DNA of 64,000 nucleotides, taken from assembly GCF_009834535.1 (NCBI RefSeq), contig NC_045707.1:56174001-56238000 (forward strand), written 5' to 3'. Shown here in pieces: positions 51,074 through 63,576 of this stretch. The translations under genes were made by a program, and so were the position numbers. Numbering within the stretch: the first letter of the stretch is position 1; the number at the start of each line of letters is the position of its first letter. Source of the DNA: Camelus ferus (lineage: Eukaryota). The notes below the pieces were generated by a model. The model searched no databases. It saw only the letters and a list, made by a program, of their open reading frames with translations, and was not told where the DNA came from.

Positions 51074-51562
51074 TGTGGGGACAATGGCCCCTTGAGGTTG
51101 GGAGTAAGACTTTCTGATAAATTCCTCCCCTGAGGGGAAAGCCACACTCCTGGTCAGGGATAGGCTCAAGCCAAACAGATTAAGGAAACAGAATTCTGAG
51201 CAGTATTTCAAGGGAAACTTTTCTTGCTCCCTGCCTCACGTATCTGTCTTAAAGGAAGGACATCCAGCAGTGTAACCAGAACAGCAACTCTCCACTTTGT
51301 TGCCCTCTTCCACAGTGGAGGTGGAATGACTTGGAAAATTGGATGATTTGGGATAAGGGTCTGTATCTCACCCTCTTCCTTCTCCTTTTAGGAGTTAGCT
51401 ACTCTTCTGCTTGTTCCTATACACTTTAGGTTTCCCAGAGGCAACTCCCAACCACCACCACAATCCCCCTAGAAGTGGTCTGCAGTGTTCTAGGACTTCC
51501 AGTGACAGGGCGATTAGTCTGCCTAAGTCAGGTGCTCCACGTAAGGAAGGCTGTTTCTAACA
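51074..51562 (+). mobile_element. Putative ancient 3' LTR
   Basis: Begins TGTGGGG just after the polypurine tract and ends ...TTCTAACA. About 490 bp with higher GC than the flanks. Confidence 0.45.
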
Positions 51563-53987
51563 CCTAACACCTAGGCTGTGTTCTCCAATGTCATCTTTAT
51601 CAGTAAGAAAAACTGGGTAGGTATTCAGCAGGAACACATGAATAGGATTGTAAAAATGGTTAAAAAATCAAAATACTACTGTACATGTTTTATAAATACT
51701 ATAGTGGTAACTGCAAATGGTTGTGGTGTTAATTAATAATTAAACTATAAATGAAATAGTTCAAGGTAATGAGCCATCGTAATATTTAAAAATCTTTTAC
51801 ATCCAGTTCAGCCCAAATCAGGGAAGGCAGGCAGCTATGCTGCAAAATCTTTGCCAAGTACTCTGCACTAGTTTATCATGATCTATGCATTAGCTGCTAT
51901 TATTTGTAAATAGTCTAATTTTGACTTTGGCTTTAAGTTAGTGTGTTGCAACTCATATAAGCAGAAAGTGTGTAGCACTTTGATATACTGAAATTCAAGA
52001 ATTTACAACAAAATAATTTAAGTGAACTTCTAAATTTAAGAGATCCCAATGTTTGAATAAACTTCTTAACGAGAATTTCAGATTGTGTAGAATCCTCTGA
52101 TACTGTAGGGTAACGAAGAAGAAATGATACTAACATTAAACCATAGCCTGAAACTATAACACGCAGAACAACCTGGAATGACGGGTGATATTTAAGGAGC
52201 AGTCCAAACTTAAGTGAACAAGGCGTATATATGAACAAAAAAATTTTAACTTTGACTTTTTTAGTGGCATTAATGTTGATGCAAATGGTGCCAAAGGTTG
52301 CATTATTCTAGTTAAAAGAGTTCCACAATATATTTCTTGAGAGTCACATCACATTTAAGTTTGGTTAAAGCTCATGATTCAAATAAAGAGAATGTACTTT
52401 GGTTGTTCTTGGACTCCATTTTTTTCCCCTTCAGGATAGAAAATGGGGGCAAGGAATATTTGGGTTCTAAATCTCAAATCTTCTGATCCCTGTTCCTAAC
52501 CTTAAACAGACCTAGAAATTTTTAGTGGGAAGTGCTTATAAATTTTACTTTTGAAGACTCTCAGGTGTGAAAAAGGTAACTGTTAAAGTTTCTCTATATA
52601 CAACACAATGTAACCTTGTTCACAAGGCTGTAGTCTATGAAAGGTAGATACTAAAATTTTACCCATTGAGGAGAACTCAATCATTCCCACTGTGAAGTTT
52701 AGTCACCTCACCTAATCAGTCAATTCAGATTGTGTTTCTCATCCCCTTCTCTTTCTCCTGTTGTCTATAGAGGGAATACGCATTCCCTGGGGCTTACTCA
52801 TGGGGGCAAGTTGCTACCTCTGATCCAGCTACCATCTTCTGTTGTTCCTGGCCTCTCTGGGGGCAGTTCAGTGTGTCTGGAAACTGGCAGATGGTCTTTG
52901 TAGCATTCCCTGCTGGAGTTTCCAGTGCTGCAATAGCCTCTGGTTAATTCGAATGTGGACCCTGCATCCTTTTCCCCTGCTATTAGGTTTCTCCCAGTCC
53001 ACTGGTCTCAGCATCTCCTCTCTTCTCCTTGGGAGTCAGGGGAGCTATGAAGCTGCCCTTAGACCCAGGCATTGGTACACCCTCTCCCGCATTCTGCTTT
53101 ACTGCTCAGGGACCATGCTGGAAACCCTGCAGAAACCCGTGTCTTTTATATTCTGGGAGACGTATTCTCAAGTATGTTTTGGGTTTCCATCATCGTTTCC
53201 ATCATGCCACTGCCCACCCAGCCCCATTCCAGAAATGTGGAAAAACCCATGAGCACCCTGCAGGGATTCACAATCTAAGGTCTAGGCATGTCCTTAATAA
53301 TTCTCCCTTATTACCCATTACCCTAATTTCCCTCTCTTTGAGACAGAAAATTACTTTTACATTGTCACAGATTCCCCTTCATTCTCTGATTTATACATAA
53401 ACATTGTGCTCTGAGAATTCCACGAATTTCAGGCTTCAGAGATCATCAAAATGTTTTATCACTCAAAGAAGCCTAGCTTCTACATTAGAAAGGCTTGCTT
53501 TCAAGACTGTAGCTTATACCATGGACTTTTTAAAAAGCCTAATTTGAAACTGGAAGATGAGCAATGCCTTCTTCTCAGTTATACTCTCAATGGCCCTGAG
53601 GGCATTCACAAGCAAAGCTATTGTGGCTGCCTGGATGGCAAGAGAATAATTGGTATGAGAAACCATGAGGAAAAGAAGCAGAAATTAGTTTATATCAAAA
53701 TATTAACCACAATACTTTACACAAGGCATCAGCAAAAAGGAAGCACTGTTCAAGTCTTTTAAAATATATTTTCCTATTTCTCCTATCTTTAAAATTGTAG
53801 TGAGAGCCAATTTTTAGTAAAACAGCTACCCGTGGTACACATGGCCAAAATGGAATGTGAGTTAGCTTATGTATAAGAGAGAAAGATTTATTATAAAGGC
53901 ACAGATCTAACTTAAGTAAATCAAGGACAAAAATGGGATTGCTGGGCTTATAAAACAACTGAAACCAGGCACACATACCATCAGGAC

Positions 53988-54345
53988 CACAGGTATACCA
54001 GAACCAGCCCGACCAGCTCATCAGAGTCAGTGATTAAATTTAGGAATTTTGTAAGCTGTTTGTAAAACACAATCATCATTAAAAATAAAGCAAGCTTACA
54101 GCTAAGTAAATTATATTATGCACTAAATAATCAGGCCTCATCTTTCCCTAATTTTTTTTTACTATTATTGATTTCAATATTATCTATTTGATATCTTACT
54201 ATTATCTATGCTCTTGAAATTATTTAGATTTATTGTATCTGTATGTTGGACATATTATATAATGCGGTGTTCCTGGAAATCTCTTTCCAACTCACATTTG
54301 GTGATATTCCATTAGTAGTATTTTGAAATCAGCCATGCTAGAAAA
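53988..54345 (+). mobile_element. MER63-like hAT-Blackjack element
   Basis: 'ttaaatttaggaattttgtaagctgtttgtaaaacac...ttactattatctatgctcttga...attgtatctgtatg...ttgaaatcagccatg'. Confidence 0.8.
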
Positions 54346-54749
54346 ATTCTTCCCATTGTCAAGGCAAGTTAAAGAGTTCTTTCTGCCAGATTCAAATGGC
54401 TAGACTGGTCTCTTTCTCTGAAAGTGAGACTTTGACACAAGTTTAACTGCAGAAGTCGTCTTTCAAGCTGCCGATGGAAGGCCAAAAAAACAGAAAGATT
54501 CTTTGTGAAAACAAGTTAAACTCTCACTAACCCCAGGAAGTTCAGAGGACTTATTTTCCCAAACTCTCATAATTCTAGTTAATTTGTCAAAAAATGTATT
54601 CTGCAAAATATAAAGGGTTCGTTTTCAAAATTACTTCAAAAGCTAGGGACTCTCCTGAGCTTTCTTCCTAGCCAAGATGATAGAAAAATGCTTACTGTAC
54701 AGAACGATGCAATTCAAGTCCCTCTACAGATGTGACATATTACTCCAAT

Positions 54750-55286
54750 TGTTAGACAGTAGACAAGTGGGAGCACTGGGTAGACAGGCGGAGGAGAGGG
54801 AGGTTAGTCCAGAAGATGGTGATATGCCCGCTTTCAGCATAAGGGGCTCTACTTCCTCTAAATGAGTGCCAGTAAGAAACTGGTAGGGACCCAATGGCCA
54901 AGACTGCACAGTATCAACAAGGACCTAACTGGACATGACCAGATGCTCACTGCCATATAATTAGCATTGCAGTTTAAGCCCTCCTCCCCTGGGCTTTTCT
55001 GTGTGCAAGCACATGTGCAGATGGGGACAAGCATGACTAAGTACATCAGGGGCAAGAGCCACCAATCAATCAGGAGACTACACGTATGCGAGGGTATAAA
55101 ACGGGACTGAGAAAGACCAGGCCATCATCTCCTGGATCAGCCTGCCTCCTGCTCTTGAAGGTATACTTTCACTTTGTTAAGAAAATCTTTAATATCTTTT
55201 GCTACACAACGCTTTTGTCTCCCATCTGAACTCTTCTCTTTCAGGCAAGACAAGAACTGAGCCCTTTTCCCCTTTGGAGGGTAACA
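54750..55286 (+). mobile_element. ERV1 solo LTR (MER41-like), intact termini
   Basis: TGTTA...TAACA inverted ends, TSD caat/cagt, CCAAT at ~55062, TATAAAA at 55095-55101, U5-like 'ttctctttcaggcaagacaagaac'. Confidence 0.85.
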
Positions 55287-55790
55287 CAGTTATGTGACAA
55301 ATCTGCCTATAATCTCATTGCTTGACATGAAGAAAGCAACCACTTCAGGAATAAAATTTTAGCGGTTCTATTATTCTTCTTTTTAAAATTTGAAGAATCA
55401 GCTGACTCTCCTAGAAATCCACTTTTGACTAATGACAAAATATTTATTGTTCTTCTGGATGACTTTCATCCCTAAACTGTCCGCAATAGCTTAAAAAAAT
55501 CTGCAAATGAAATAACTGCAAGTCAATTCAAAACAGTTCATGTTTAAATGCTAAAGATTTTCTGATTTTTCTTTTAATTCCAGTAATTCTATATAAACTT
55601 GACTTTCAAAGAAACCATGAACAAATTGAGAATAAACCATGTTATGATGCAATACAAAAAGGTGCGTTTTAATTTTCAAAATTAAAACTCTTTAACATTC
55701 TAATTAATATGGCCCTGGATCATGTCTAATATCTACTTTACGAGCTGTAAGATATTTAGATAACTAGGTCAGAGCTCCTTTCATTTCTCT

Positions 55791-56250
55791 TGTGAATGAA
55801 AAATATTGCCAGCCATATCAGCAAAGGATGCTGTGGACATTAAGTCATCAGCCACAACCGCCACCCTTGACAGTGAGCAGAGGGAACGCAGGGTGGAGAC
55901 AAGCGGGCAGCCCGGGATCTGCTGCCACCCTCAATGGTGAACCCTGAGGGAACTCAGGATATTGGTCCTAGATAGCTAGGTGCTTATCAAAGGAATGAGT
56001 TCAATGAGCCCAAACCTTTCCATATACTGAGATATCTGGTTTTCTTTAATTAACAGTAATATTTTGATGTTCCAACTACCTAGTCTTTGTTGCCAAAACT
56101 CCTATACATCCTGGCTTCTCCCTTGCCTGGGCAGAACAGTCTCTTAGAGCAATCTGAGAGGCTGCCTCTTGGGCTCGAGCCGTCAGAAAGTCCGCCAAAT
56201 AAAACATAACTCTCAACTTTTAGGTTGTGGATTTTATTTCAGTTGACACA
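55791..56250 (+). mobile_element. ERV1 solo LTR (artiodactyl type)
   Basis: TGTG...CACA ends, TSD ctct/ctct, AATAAA at 56198-56203, internal imperfect repeat 'gccaccct..gtga...gagggaac.cagg'. Confidence 0.85.
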
Positions 56251-56329
56251 CTCTTCTAAATATCTCTGCCTAGTTAACTTATCTCAAAGAATGGAATCCT
56301 AGATTTTGTGGGAACTGTGATCAAATCCA

Positions 56330-56900
56330 AGACAGGGATACTAATGTGTATTTCTGATTAAATAGTAATTAATGCAGTGGTTGTCACTGTTTCTAGGCGT
56401 TTTCAATATAAAAAGGTATGTAATAAGGTGTTATACTTTGTTATTTTTAGCAAGATAAAAAAAATAAGCTGAACTGATATTTCAGTAAAGACATTACATG
56501 ACTTTTACTTAATATTTTGAATTTGTATTTTTTATTTTACAAACCTTGGTTCCTAAAGATATTATCATAATTGTTTATTTCTTCTATTCTGCACTGGGTA
56601 ATTAGAAATTTAAAATATTACATAATGATATTCAATTTTTTTATGACTTTGTTTTTAGAATAAATTCTGCTAGGAATGTACAGTCAAATTACTATGTTTT
56701 AAAGTCACTTGAATTAATTCTTCTCAATATTCATTCATCTCACAATGAATCACCAATTTTTGATCACCAATATCGCAAATGCCTAATTTGTAAGGTGGAA
56801 ATGTGAGTGTCTCTAGCTTTTCTTTCATCTCTTCAAATCTTTATCTTAGCTTAACTTCTAACATTTATACTTTTCACTTTTATATATTCAAGGTTATTAG
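56330..56900 (-). mobile_element. Old L1M (L1MC/ME-type) 3' UTR fragment
   Basis: Very AT-rich, with 'aatgtacagtcaaattactatgttttaaagtcacttgaattaattc'. Confidence 0.5.
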
Positions 56901-59189
56901 CATATATAATTGTCTCTACAGTCAGTTATTGGAATTTGCTGTTTGATTTGGTTTGGGTTTCTGGAATTTCTAATTGCCTTCTTTTTCTTGAACAATTTGA
57001 TCTTATCATATCTTAAACAGACAACTTTTTATGAGTATCTTTCAGAGAAAGGCCTCCATTTTTCTGCTCTAATATGCATTTTTTGCTCTCCAGCAAGGCA
57101 GTCTTGCTCCCTAGCTGTCATTCTTCCTTTCATTGACCCTCAGTTTTGTTTCTCCATTTCCTGCCTCTCACATTTATTCCCTCGTTTTGCTAGGCTAAAG
57201 TAAACTCCTGAAAAAGGTGTTTGGAAGGTGCACTGGGCTTAGTGTAAGTACTCCTGCAGATCCATGCAGCCACTCTGCTCTCCCTGTGTGCCTCAGTCAT
57301 CCCTTTGGCCTCTTGCCCAGAGCACATCTACAATGGCTCAATCCATCCCCGCAGTCGCAGAGCCAGGCCTCTGCTGCAGTCGCTGCTACAACTATAGCAT
57401 GAAGAGGCCCAATCACAGTGCAATGTTGGCAAGAAGACCCAGACTAAGTAGCTTTTCTGGGCCTGTAGGGGTTCCAGAACTGGCCCAGAGAGGTAGGTAA
57501 CACAGTCTTGACATGGTGCTGTGACATGGCGTGGCCTTGAACAATGGGAGACCTAAAAAGAAGCTAACAGAACACTTCTCTCCTCTTCCCTGACTATGGA
57601 CTGTGCTGGGACATAGTAACTCATATGGCCTCTCTGAAGATCTCTCTGAAACCAAGAAATCTGCTGCCTAAGTTAAAAAGGTTCAACCAGCTCAGAGATG
57701 CACTACTTTAATTTTCTACTCATTCTTCCCTACTTCACTTCTCTCTTTCCCTCATTCTTGCTTTCATGGAACTGAACCACCTCGTAAAGTACTGGTACCT
57801 CACCTTTATTACTATGAGTTTATTTCCATTCTTGTTTTCTTGTACTATTTTTCTGTAATTTTACTTCAGTGATGTAAAATTACAAGACTCCAGAGGGACA
57901 GTAGGCAAACTTTTGTAACTAGTTTGCCATTCTGAACAGCATGCCAATGCCGCTATTTTAGGAGTTATGAGTATCACACTGGGAAAGTTCATGCATTTGG
58001 GCCAAGGCAAGAGTAACTTTGGTTCATTCAGTTATTCAATGAATATTCATTTGTGATAAACCTATGCTAGATGCATGGGGATTCAGAAATAAGAGATATG
58101 TTCTCATCCTCAAACTGATTATTTCTAATGGAAATAGACATATTTTCTGAAGAAATACTCTGGTAATTTCTCAGTCATAATACACATTTCTTGCAGTTTA
58201 ATTTTTGTCAAATCTCTTCCCAGAGCCTCTGTTCTGTCCTTATTTCTAGGAGCTACTAACCTGAAGGCTGGCCTTTACAGTCTCAATCACCTTTTCTTTA
58301 GCTGTTTTGTGTTTTTTTTTTTAAACTTCTTTCTGCCATCGCTGAGAAATGACTGTTCATAACAAAGGGTGGAAATGATGCCAAAGGGAAAGTAACATTT
58401 TTCTCTTGATCTTTTTTTCTCAATTTACTAAGCTATTGCATCCATTTTCTCATGTGTTTCTCACAACTCAGAAGGTTAACAGAGCGGGTGTTGTTTCTTC
58501 ATTGTATAGAAGAGGAAATTAAGGCCCTGCAAGATGAACTATCTGGCTCAGGGGTAATAAATGCAAAATCAGGCAAGAATTCCAGTCACATCTCTTGGAC
58601 CATTTTTCTCCAGTGACATTTTAATAGAGCTCCAAGGCCCAGGTGAGAGATGGAAAGACAGTACAGGAATCTCTCTGCCTTTTGTTCTTAGCACCCTCTA
58701 TGGACTCAGCTACCTGTGATCTCAGCTGCAGAGATCAATTTCAGAATTTCCAGGATCAAAGGAAGAGTGAAAGAATCAGGCTCAGGAGTAAGAATACGGT
58801 GGCTCTAGGCGTCAGAGTAGCTCAGTTGTCCTGTAGATCCTGTTCTGACTGCTCCTTTCCCAAATCAATTAGCCCTTGCTTTGGGTCCCCCTATCTTTGC
58901 ATCAGGCTGTCCAGCTCGCCTGCTGAGTCCCTGACATGTGTTGTGGGATCTCTTTACTTCCATTCAGTTGGATGCCCACTTGTTATCTCATCCCTGACAG
59001 ACAGGTTAGATATTTAATAAAAAATGTATTAAATCAGTACATGAATGAATACAAGTACATCCTAATCTGAAATTCTGCTTCAGTCTTACTTGTAAAACTT
59101 CAGTTCTGTCATTGCTTTCCCTTTCCCCTATTTCTTTAATTTCTCCTCTCATGTCCTGCCATGTTTGTTTTCATAGAAGAGCAGTAATT

Positions 59190-59640
59190 TGAGTGTTTTT
59201 GGTTGTAAGCAAAAGAAATGGATTTTGCTAGACTAAGCAAAAACTTTAAAAAACATAATAAAAAATAAATACATGTAAGTAACAGGGGGAAATTCAAAAA
59301 ATAGAAGGAAAAGTGAAAGAACCAGGCTCACTAGGAGCAAAAAATGAGATGGCTCCAGGGATCCAAGTAGCTGAATTGGACAGACAGGCTTGTCAGCTTG
59401 CCACTGCCACAATGATTCAGCTTCCTCAGTTTTCTTGTCCTAGAATAAGTGTGTCAGGAGCCAAAGTCCCAGAGAGTGAGCCTGACCTGTCTAGCATTGG
59501 GTCATATACTAAAGCCCTAGCTGGGGGACAACTTGACCAAACCGTCCCCTAAGATGGTAGACAATGGCAAGAATGAATTTCCCCAAAAGAGCTGAAAGTA
59601 TTATGACAAAAATAAGGGGAAACAGATGGTAATCATCCAA
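59190..59640 (-). mobile_element. Old MaLR LTR remnant (MLT1L/M/N-like)
   Basis: 'tttttggttgtaagcaaaagaaa...ctagactaagcaaaa' and 'tgagcctgacctgtctagcattgggtcat'. Confidence 0.55.
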
Positions 59641-59694
59641 TTTGCAGAGTATACTGGCAAGAGCAAGGAGCAGGAATTAGAAAAACTGGGTTCA

Positions 59695-59854
59695 GTCATA
59701 CATATACATACCTATATTCGTTTTCATATTCTTTTTCATACAGGTTACTACAAGACATTAAATATAGTTCCCTGTGCTGTAACAGAAGGAACTTGACACA
59801 ACATTGTAAACTGATATACTTCAATTTAAAAAATAATAATAAAAGAAAAAGGAA
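59695..59854. mobile_element. Tiny 5'-inverted L1 3' end with a perfect 16 bp TSD, inside a MIR
   Basis: TSD AGAAAAACTGGGTTCA at 59679-59694 and 59855-59870. Antisense L1 tail at 59695-~59792, then sense 'ttgacacaacattgtaaactgatatacttcaat' plus an A-rich tail. Confidence 0.95.
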
Positions 59855-60899
59855 AGAAAAACTGGGTTCACATTTTAGCATTTCTATTACTCAGCACGCT
59901 GTTTCATTTCCTGCAGCTCCATTTCCTCATCTACAAAATATGAAGCTTGGGTAGATGATAACTAATATTCCTTTTTTTGGCTGGAAACTGTTTTTCCAAC
60001 TTCACAGAGTTCTCCCCAGGTAAGTAAACAAGTTTATACCCTACTGGTTTTATCGACCTAAAGCATTTTCTCTGCTTCTATTCAGAAGTATCATTAATAC
60101 ATACCTCATGTCACACACCTTTGAAGTCTTCTTCCTTCTCACCCATGCTCACCATTCTGTGCTGACCCCAATATATCTCCTAAGTCCTGGCCTTCTCTTG
60201 TACACCTCATTCTCTTCTGATACATGATATTTTGTCCCTTTAATATTGTCTATTCTTAATTTCTTTTCCTACCAACAACATAGAATACAGAAGCTACTGG
60301 TTTCTTTCTTCATTTTTTTCAAAGGACTTTGTCAAACTGACAGTAACATTTTCAATACTATTTTTCTCACCTAGATTAATTTAACCCTTATTTTTTAAAA
60401 CAGTTCTATTTTCTCTGTTTTATTCACAACAGACATTGAATTCGTCCTAAATAAAAAGTTGAGACATCTAGTTTCCCCACCTTCTTCATACTTTGTTAAT
60501 GTGAATTTCAGCAGTCATTTATTTTTTAATTCTTTCAACAATTATGTGGATTGGAGCTGAACTGATTCTATGTGTTGCCACTGAGCTAAATAAATTATTT
60601 CTTACTTCTCATGTACTATTCATTTTGTATTAGCCACTAAATTAAGTTCTGTTACAAATGCAAAAGATATACATGGAATAGTCACTACCTTGTAGGATCT
60701 TAAATTCTAAGATTTTCAAGGGGAGATGAAATGTAACAGCTCCCTAAAATACAAAACTGAATATAATGAATATCCTAAGGCAGTAGCCACACAATGTAAA
60801 GAAGAGAGACATTATCTCCATTCAGGTGAGCAGAGGAGGCTTCATGGGACAAGGAAATACTTGCCCTAGAATCCAGATAAAGACAGAACTAGTCTCCTA

Positions 60900-61408
60900 C
60901 CCTCACCTCTCGCTCCCCAACAATCTACTCCCAAAGAGGAACAATGACTAACAAGTTAATTGATTCCTGACTGTTCTGTGTCCGACCTTCCAATGACTTG
61001 TCATTGTGCTGGGGATAAATCTCCACCTCTTGCTGTGGCTCACAGACCCTCCATGATCTGGTCTTTTCTCCTACTATTCTGACACTCACCTACCATTTTC
61101 CTGCTGTTCCGGCCTTCTTTCTACATCTTGGATACAGCAAAGGACATTTGCTTTAGGACACTTATTCTTGCTGGTTGTTAGCCCAGAACTCTCTGCCCCC
61201 ATATCTTGATAGGACTATTGTTTTCTGGTCATTTAGATCTCACCACAACATCACAGTGTCAGTGAGGGCTTCCACGAACCCAGTCCAGATCAGTGTGTCT
61301 CTATGATTCTATTGCATTCTACTTTGTTTCTGTCAAGCTACCTGAAATTTTCATGCTCATTCATTTGCTTATTTTTCAAATTTCTGCTTTCCCTTGACTA
61401 GAATTTTA
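60900..61408 (+). mobile_element. L2 3' fragment, apparently resuming near 62245
   Basis: 'ccttccaatgacttgtcattgtgctggggataaatctcc', 'cagaccctccatgatctgg', and later 'tgtcagctcctaggagatgagggattgtgtct'. Confidence 0.6.
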
Positions 61409-62489
61409 TCAGTAGTTTTTATTGTGTGATGGGCCTTTATGTGGGACAGCACTGTTCACTGATATTTGGCTTTATTAGTATGTAGTTTACTAACCTTACA
61501 ATTATAGTAAATAATCAGTTTTTTTTAATTTCTATAAATACTACTTATAGAAATTAATGAAACAAAATGTATGAATTTAACAAAGTAAATTTCTCCAAAC
61601 TTTTAAATATTGTTTATCAAAAAAAATCTTCCAAACATTTTATATTTTGGGTTACTTTCAATGTCTTAAACACTTTCAAAGATAGACAACCCATTACTAC
61701 AATAATTACAAAATTAATAAACACATTCATATTAAACCAGGAATAAATTTAAATATATTATATATGACATTATTATATATATGCTATATATAATATTATT
61801 TTTGTCTTTATTATTTCGTATCTTATCTTCCTAGGTTTCCACAAAAATCTATGCATGGGGTTTTGATAATCTTTCCAGATCTTTAAGAAAATGGTATCAT
61901 TTTAGCCTAATCAGGTTTTGAAATGAGTTATGAAGAGTTTAATTCTTGGTGGGACATAGCCCTGGCTGAGCCATCTAAGGTGATTTCTAGGTTGCTAATC
62001 AGTAGTAAATCCCTTTTTTATAGTAAAATTCTAACCATTACCCGGTGACATTTTTCATTTTTTTCTGTTTTGTTTATAAAGTTTAAATTTTTTGAGACTT
62101 GGTACCTTTCAAAGAAGTAAGGAATTCTTCTAAGTTTTACTCACCCATTGTGCTGTCATGTTGATATATTAGTGTGGTTTGTCACTACTATTAAAATCTT
62201 ATATATTTATTAGCAGTATTTTATTTTAATTAGTTGGACCATCAAGAATTGTCAGCTCCTAGGAGATGAGGGATTGTGTCTGCAAAGTCAGCTTTACTCT
62301 TTTGTACATTTGGTTAATTTATCATTTTAGAACACAGTGTTGAATCCTCCTTTTACTTTATTATTGTATATAACCAGTGAAGCTGATTAGCTGTGGCCAC
62401 CCTTTGAATGTGATTAATTATATGTGCTGATCAGGCTTTCCTCTTCTTGCTACTGAATCTACTTTTACTGGGATAGCTTGGCTTTCTTA

Positions 62490-62775
62490 TGTACAATTTT
62501 GATCACAAGAGGAAATCAATAAACGCAATAAACGCCTTAAGAGAAATAGAGAGTAAAAGATAAAAAATAAAGAAAAGAAGTAAGATGTTAAAAAGTATTT
62601 GAGAGACAGTGACGGTTATCAATGGCAGAAAAGGAAGACCAAACACACACATAAAAAGGAGATCCTGAGGACAAAAACTAAAGCAGTGGAAGAGAACAAA
62701 TATTAGAAAACATACATCAAGGGAACTTTTCTTGAAACCAAAGATGGCTAGAAACTACCCATTGGAAGAGCAGCT
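62490..62775 (+). mobile_element. Old L1M/HAL1 ORF1 fragment
   Basis: 'aaggaagaccaaacacacacataaaaaggagatcctgagg...gaacaaatattagaaaacatacatcaagggaacttttcttgaaac...cattggaagagca' fits the L1 ORF1 pattern R.NI.I.G.PE...E.I...I.ENF.E....I.RA. Confidence 0.65.
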
Positions 62776-62940
62776 GAATTCATTCCTGCTTATGAAACAG
62801 CTAATTATATTCTGAGCTTGTGTGTTTCTTGTGATACTTCACCAAATGCAGTCAATGGAACTAACATTTGCTCCTAACATTTCGTCTTTCAACTTCTTCA
62901 CTAAGGCTTCAATTACAATACTAATTCCTGGTACTAAGAC

Positions 62941-63310
62941 TGTATTAGCCAGGATAGACCAGATGATGCTGTGTTTACTAACAATCCCCAAATCTCAGTG
63001 GCTTAAACAATAAGGCTTTTTTTTTTTTTTTCTCATGTTGTGTCTCTCTTGCAGGTCAACTGGAGGCTCTGCCTCATGGTTTTCTTATTCTAGAATCCAG
63101 ATGAAGATCTGGACCACTGCCAGCAGCCAAGACAAAGGATGAGAGTTCCCAAGGACCTTGGATCAATAATTAAATGGACAATTTGGGAGGGATTCGTGTC
63201 TTACTCATCCTTAATTTACAAAAATTAATAACATGGCCCCATGTAAACATGACATGGTCAGGAAATATATTCGTATCCTGGAAGAGGGGTGAAACAGTAT
63301 TTACCAAACA
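62941..63310 (-). mobile_element. MaLR LTR (MLT1I/J-like)
   Basis: 'tgtattagccaggatagacc...taacaatccccaaatctcagtggcttaaacaataagg'. Confidence 0.75.
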
Positions 63311-63364
63311 ACACTCATGATCTTCAATGTAATTGGACACAAATGCTATTTTATACTTTGTTTT

Positions 63365-63575
63365 TATCACATAACAGTATTTTAGAATTCTTCCTATCAG
63401 CAAAACTTTGTATCATTTTTCATAGCCTCATTAGTAACCCATTATACACATAATAATCATTGATTTAGCCTTTCTGTTGCTGGTGAACATTTAGTAGGTT
63501 TTGCTATAAATATCATTATATCGAACACCTCTGTACATAAATCTCTTTGTATAAGTCAAAGTGTATCTTTAAGAT
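63365..63575 (-). mobile_element. Old L1M 3' fragment, antisense
   Basis: 'tgttgctggtgaacatttagtagg' and 'cgaacacctctgtacataaatctctttg'. Confidence 0.55.
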
Positions 63576-63576
63576 A

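Noticed and set aside
30054..58999. Longer unassigned ORFs (30084-30485, 34831-35232, 52842-53252, 58643-59017 and others)
   Set aside because: No recognisable homology, compositions typical of random or repeat-derived frames, and many non-ATG starts.
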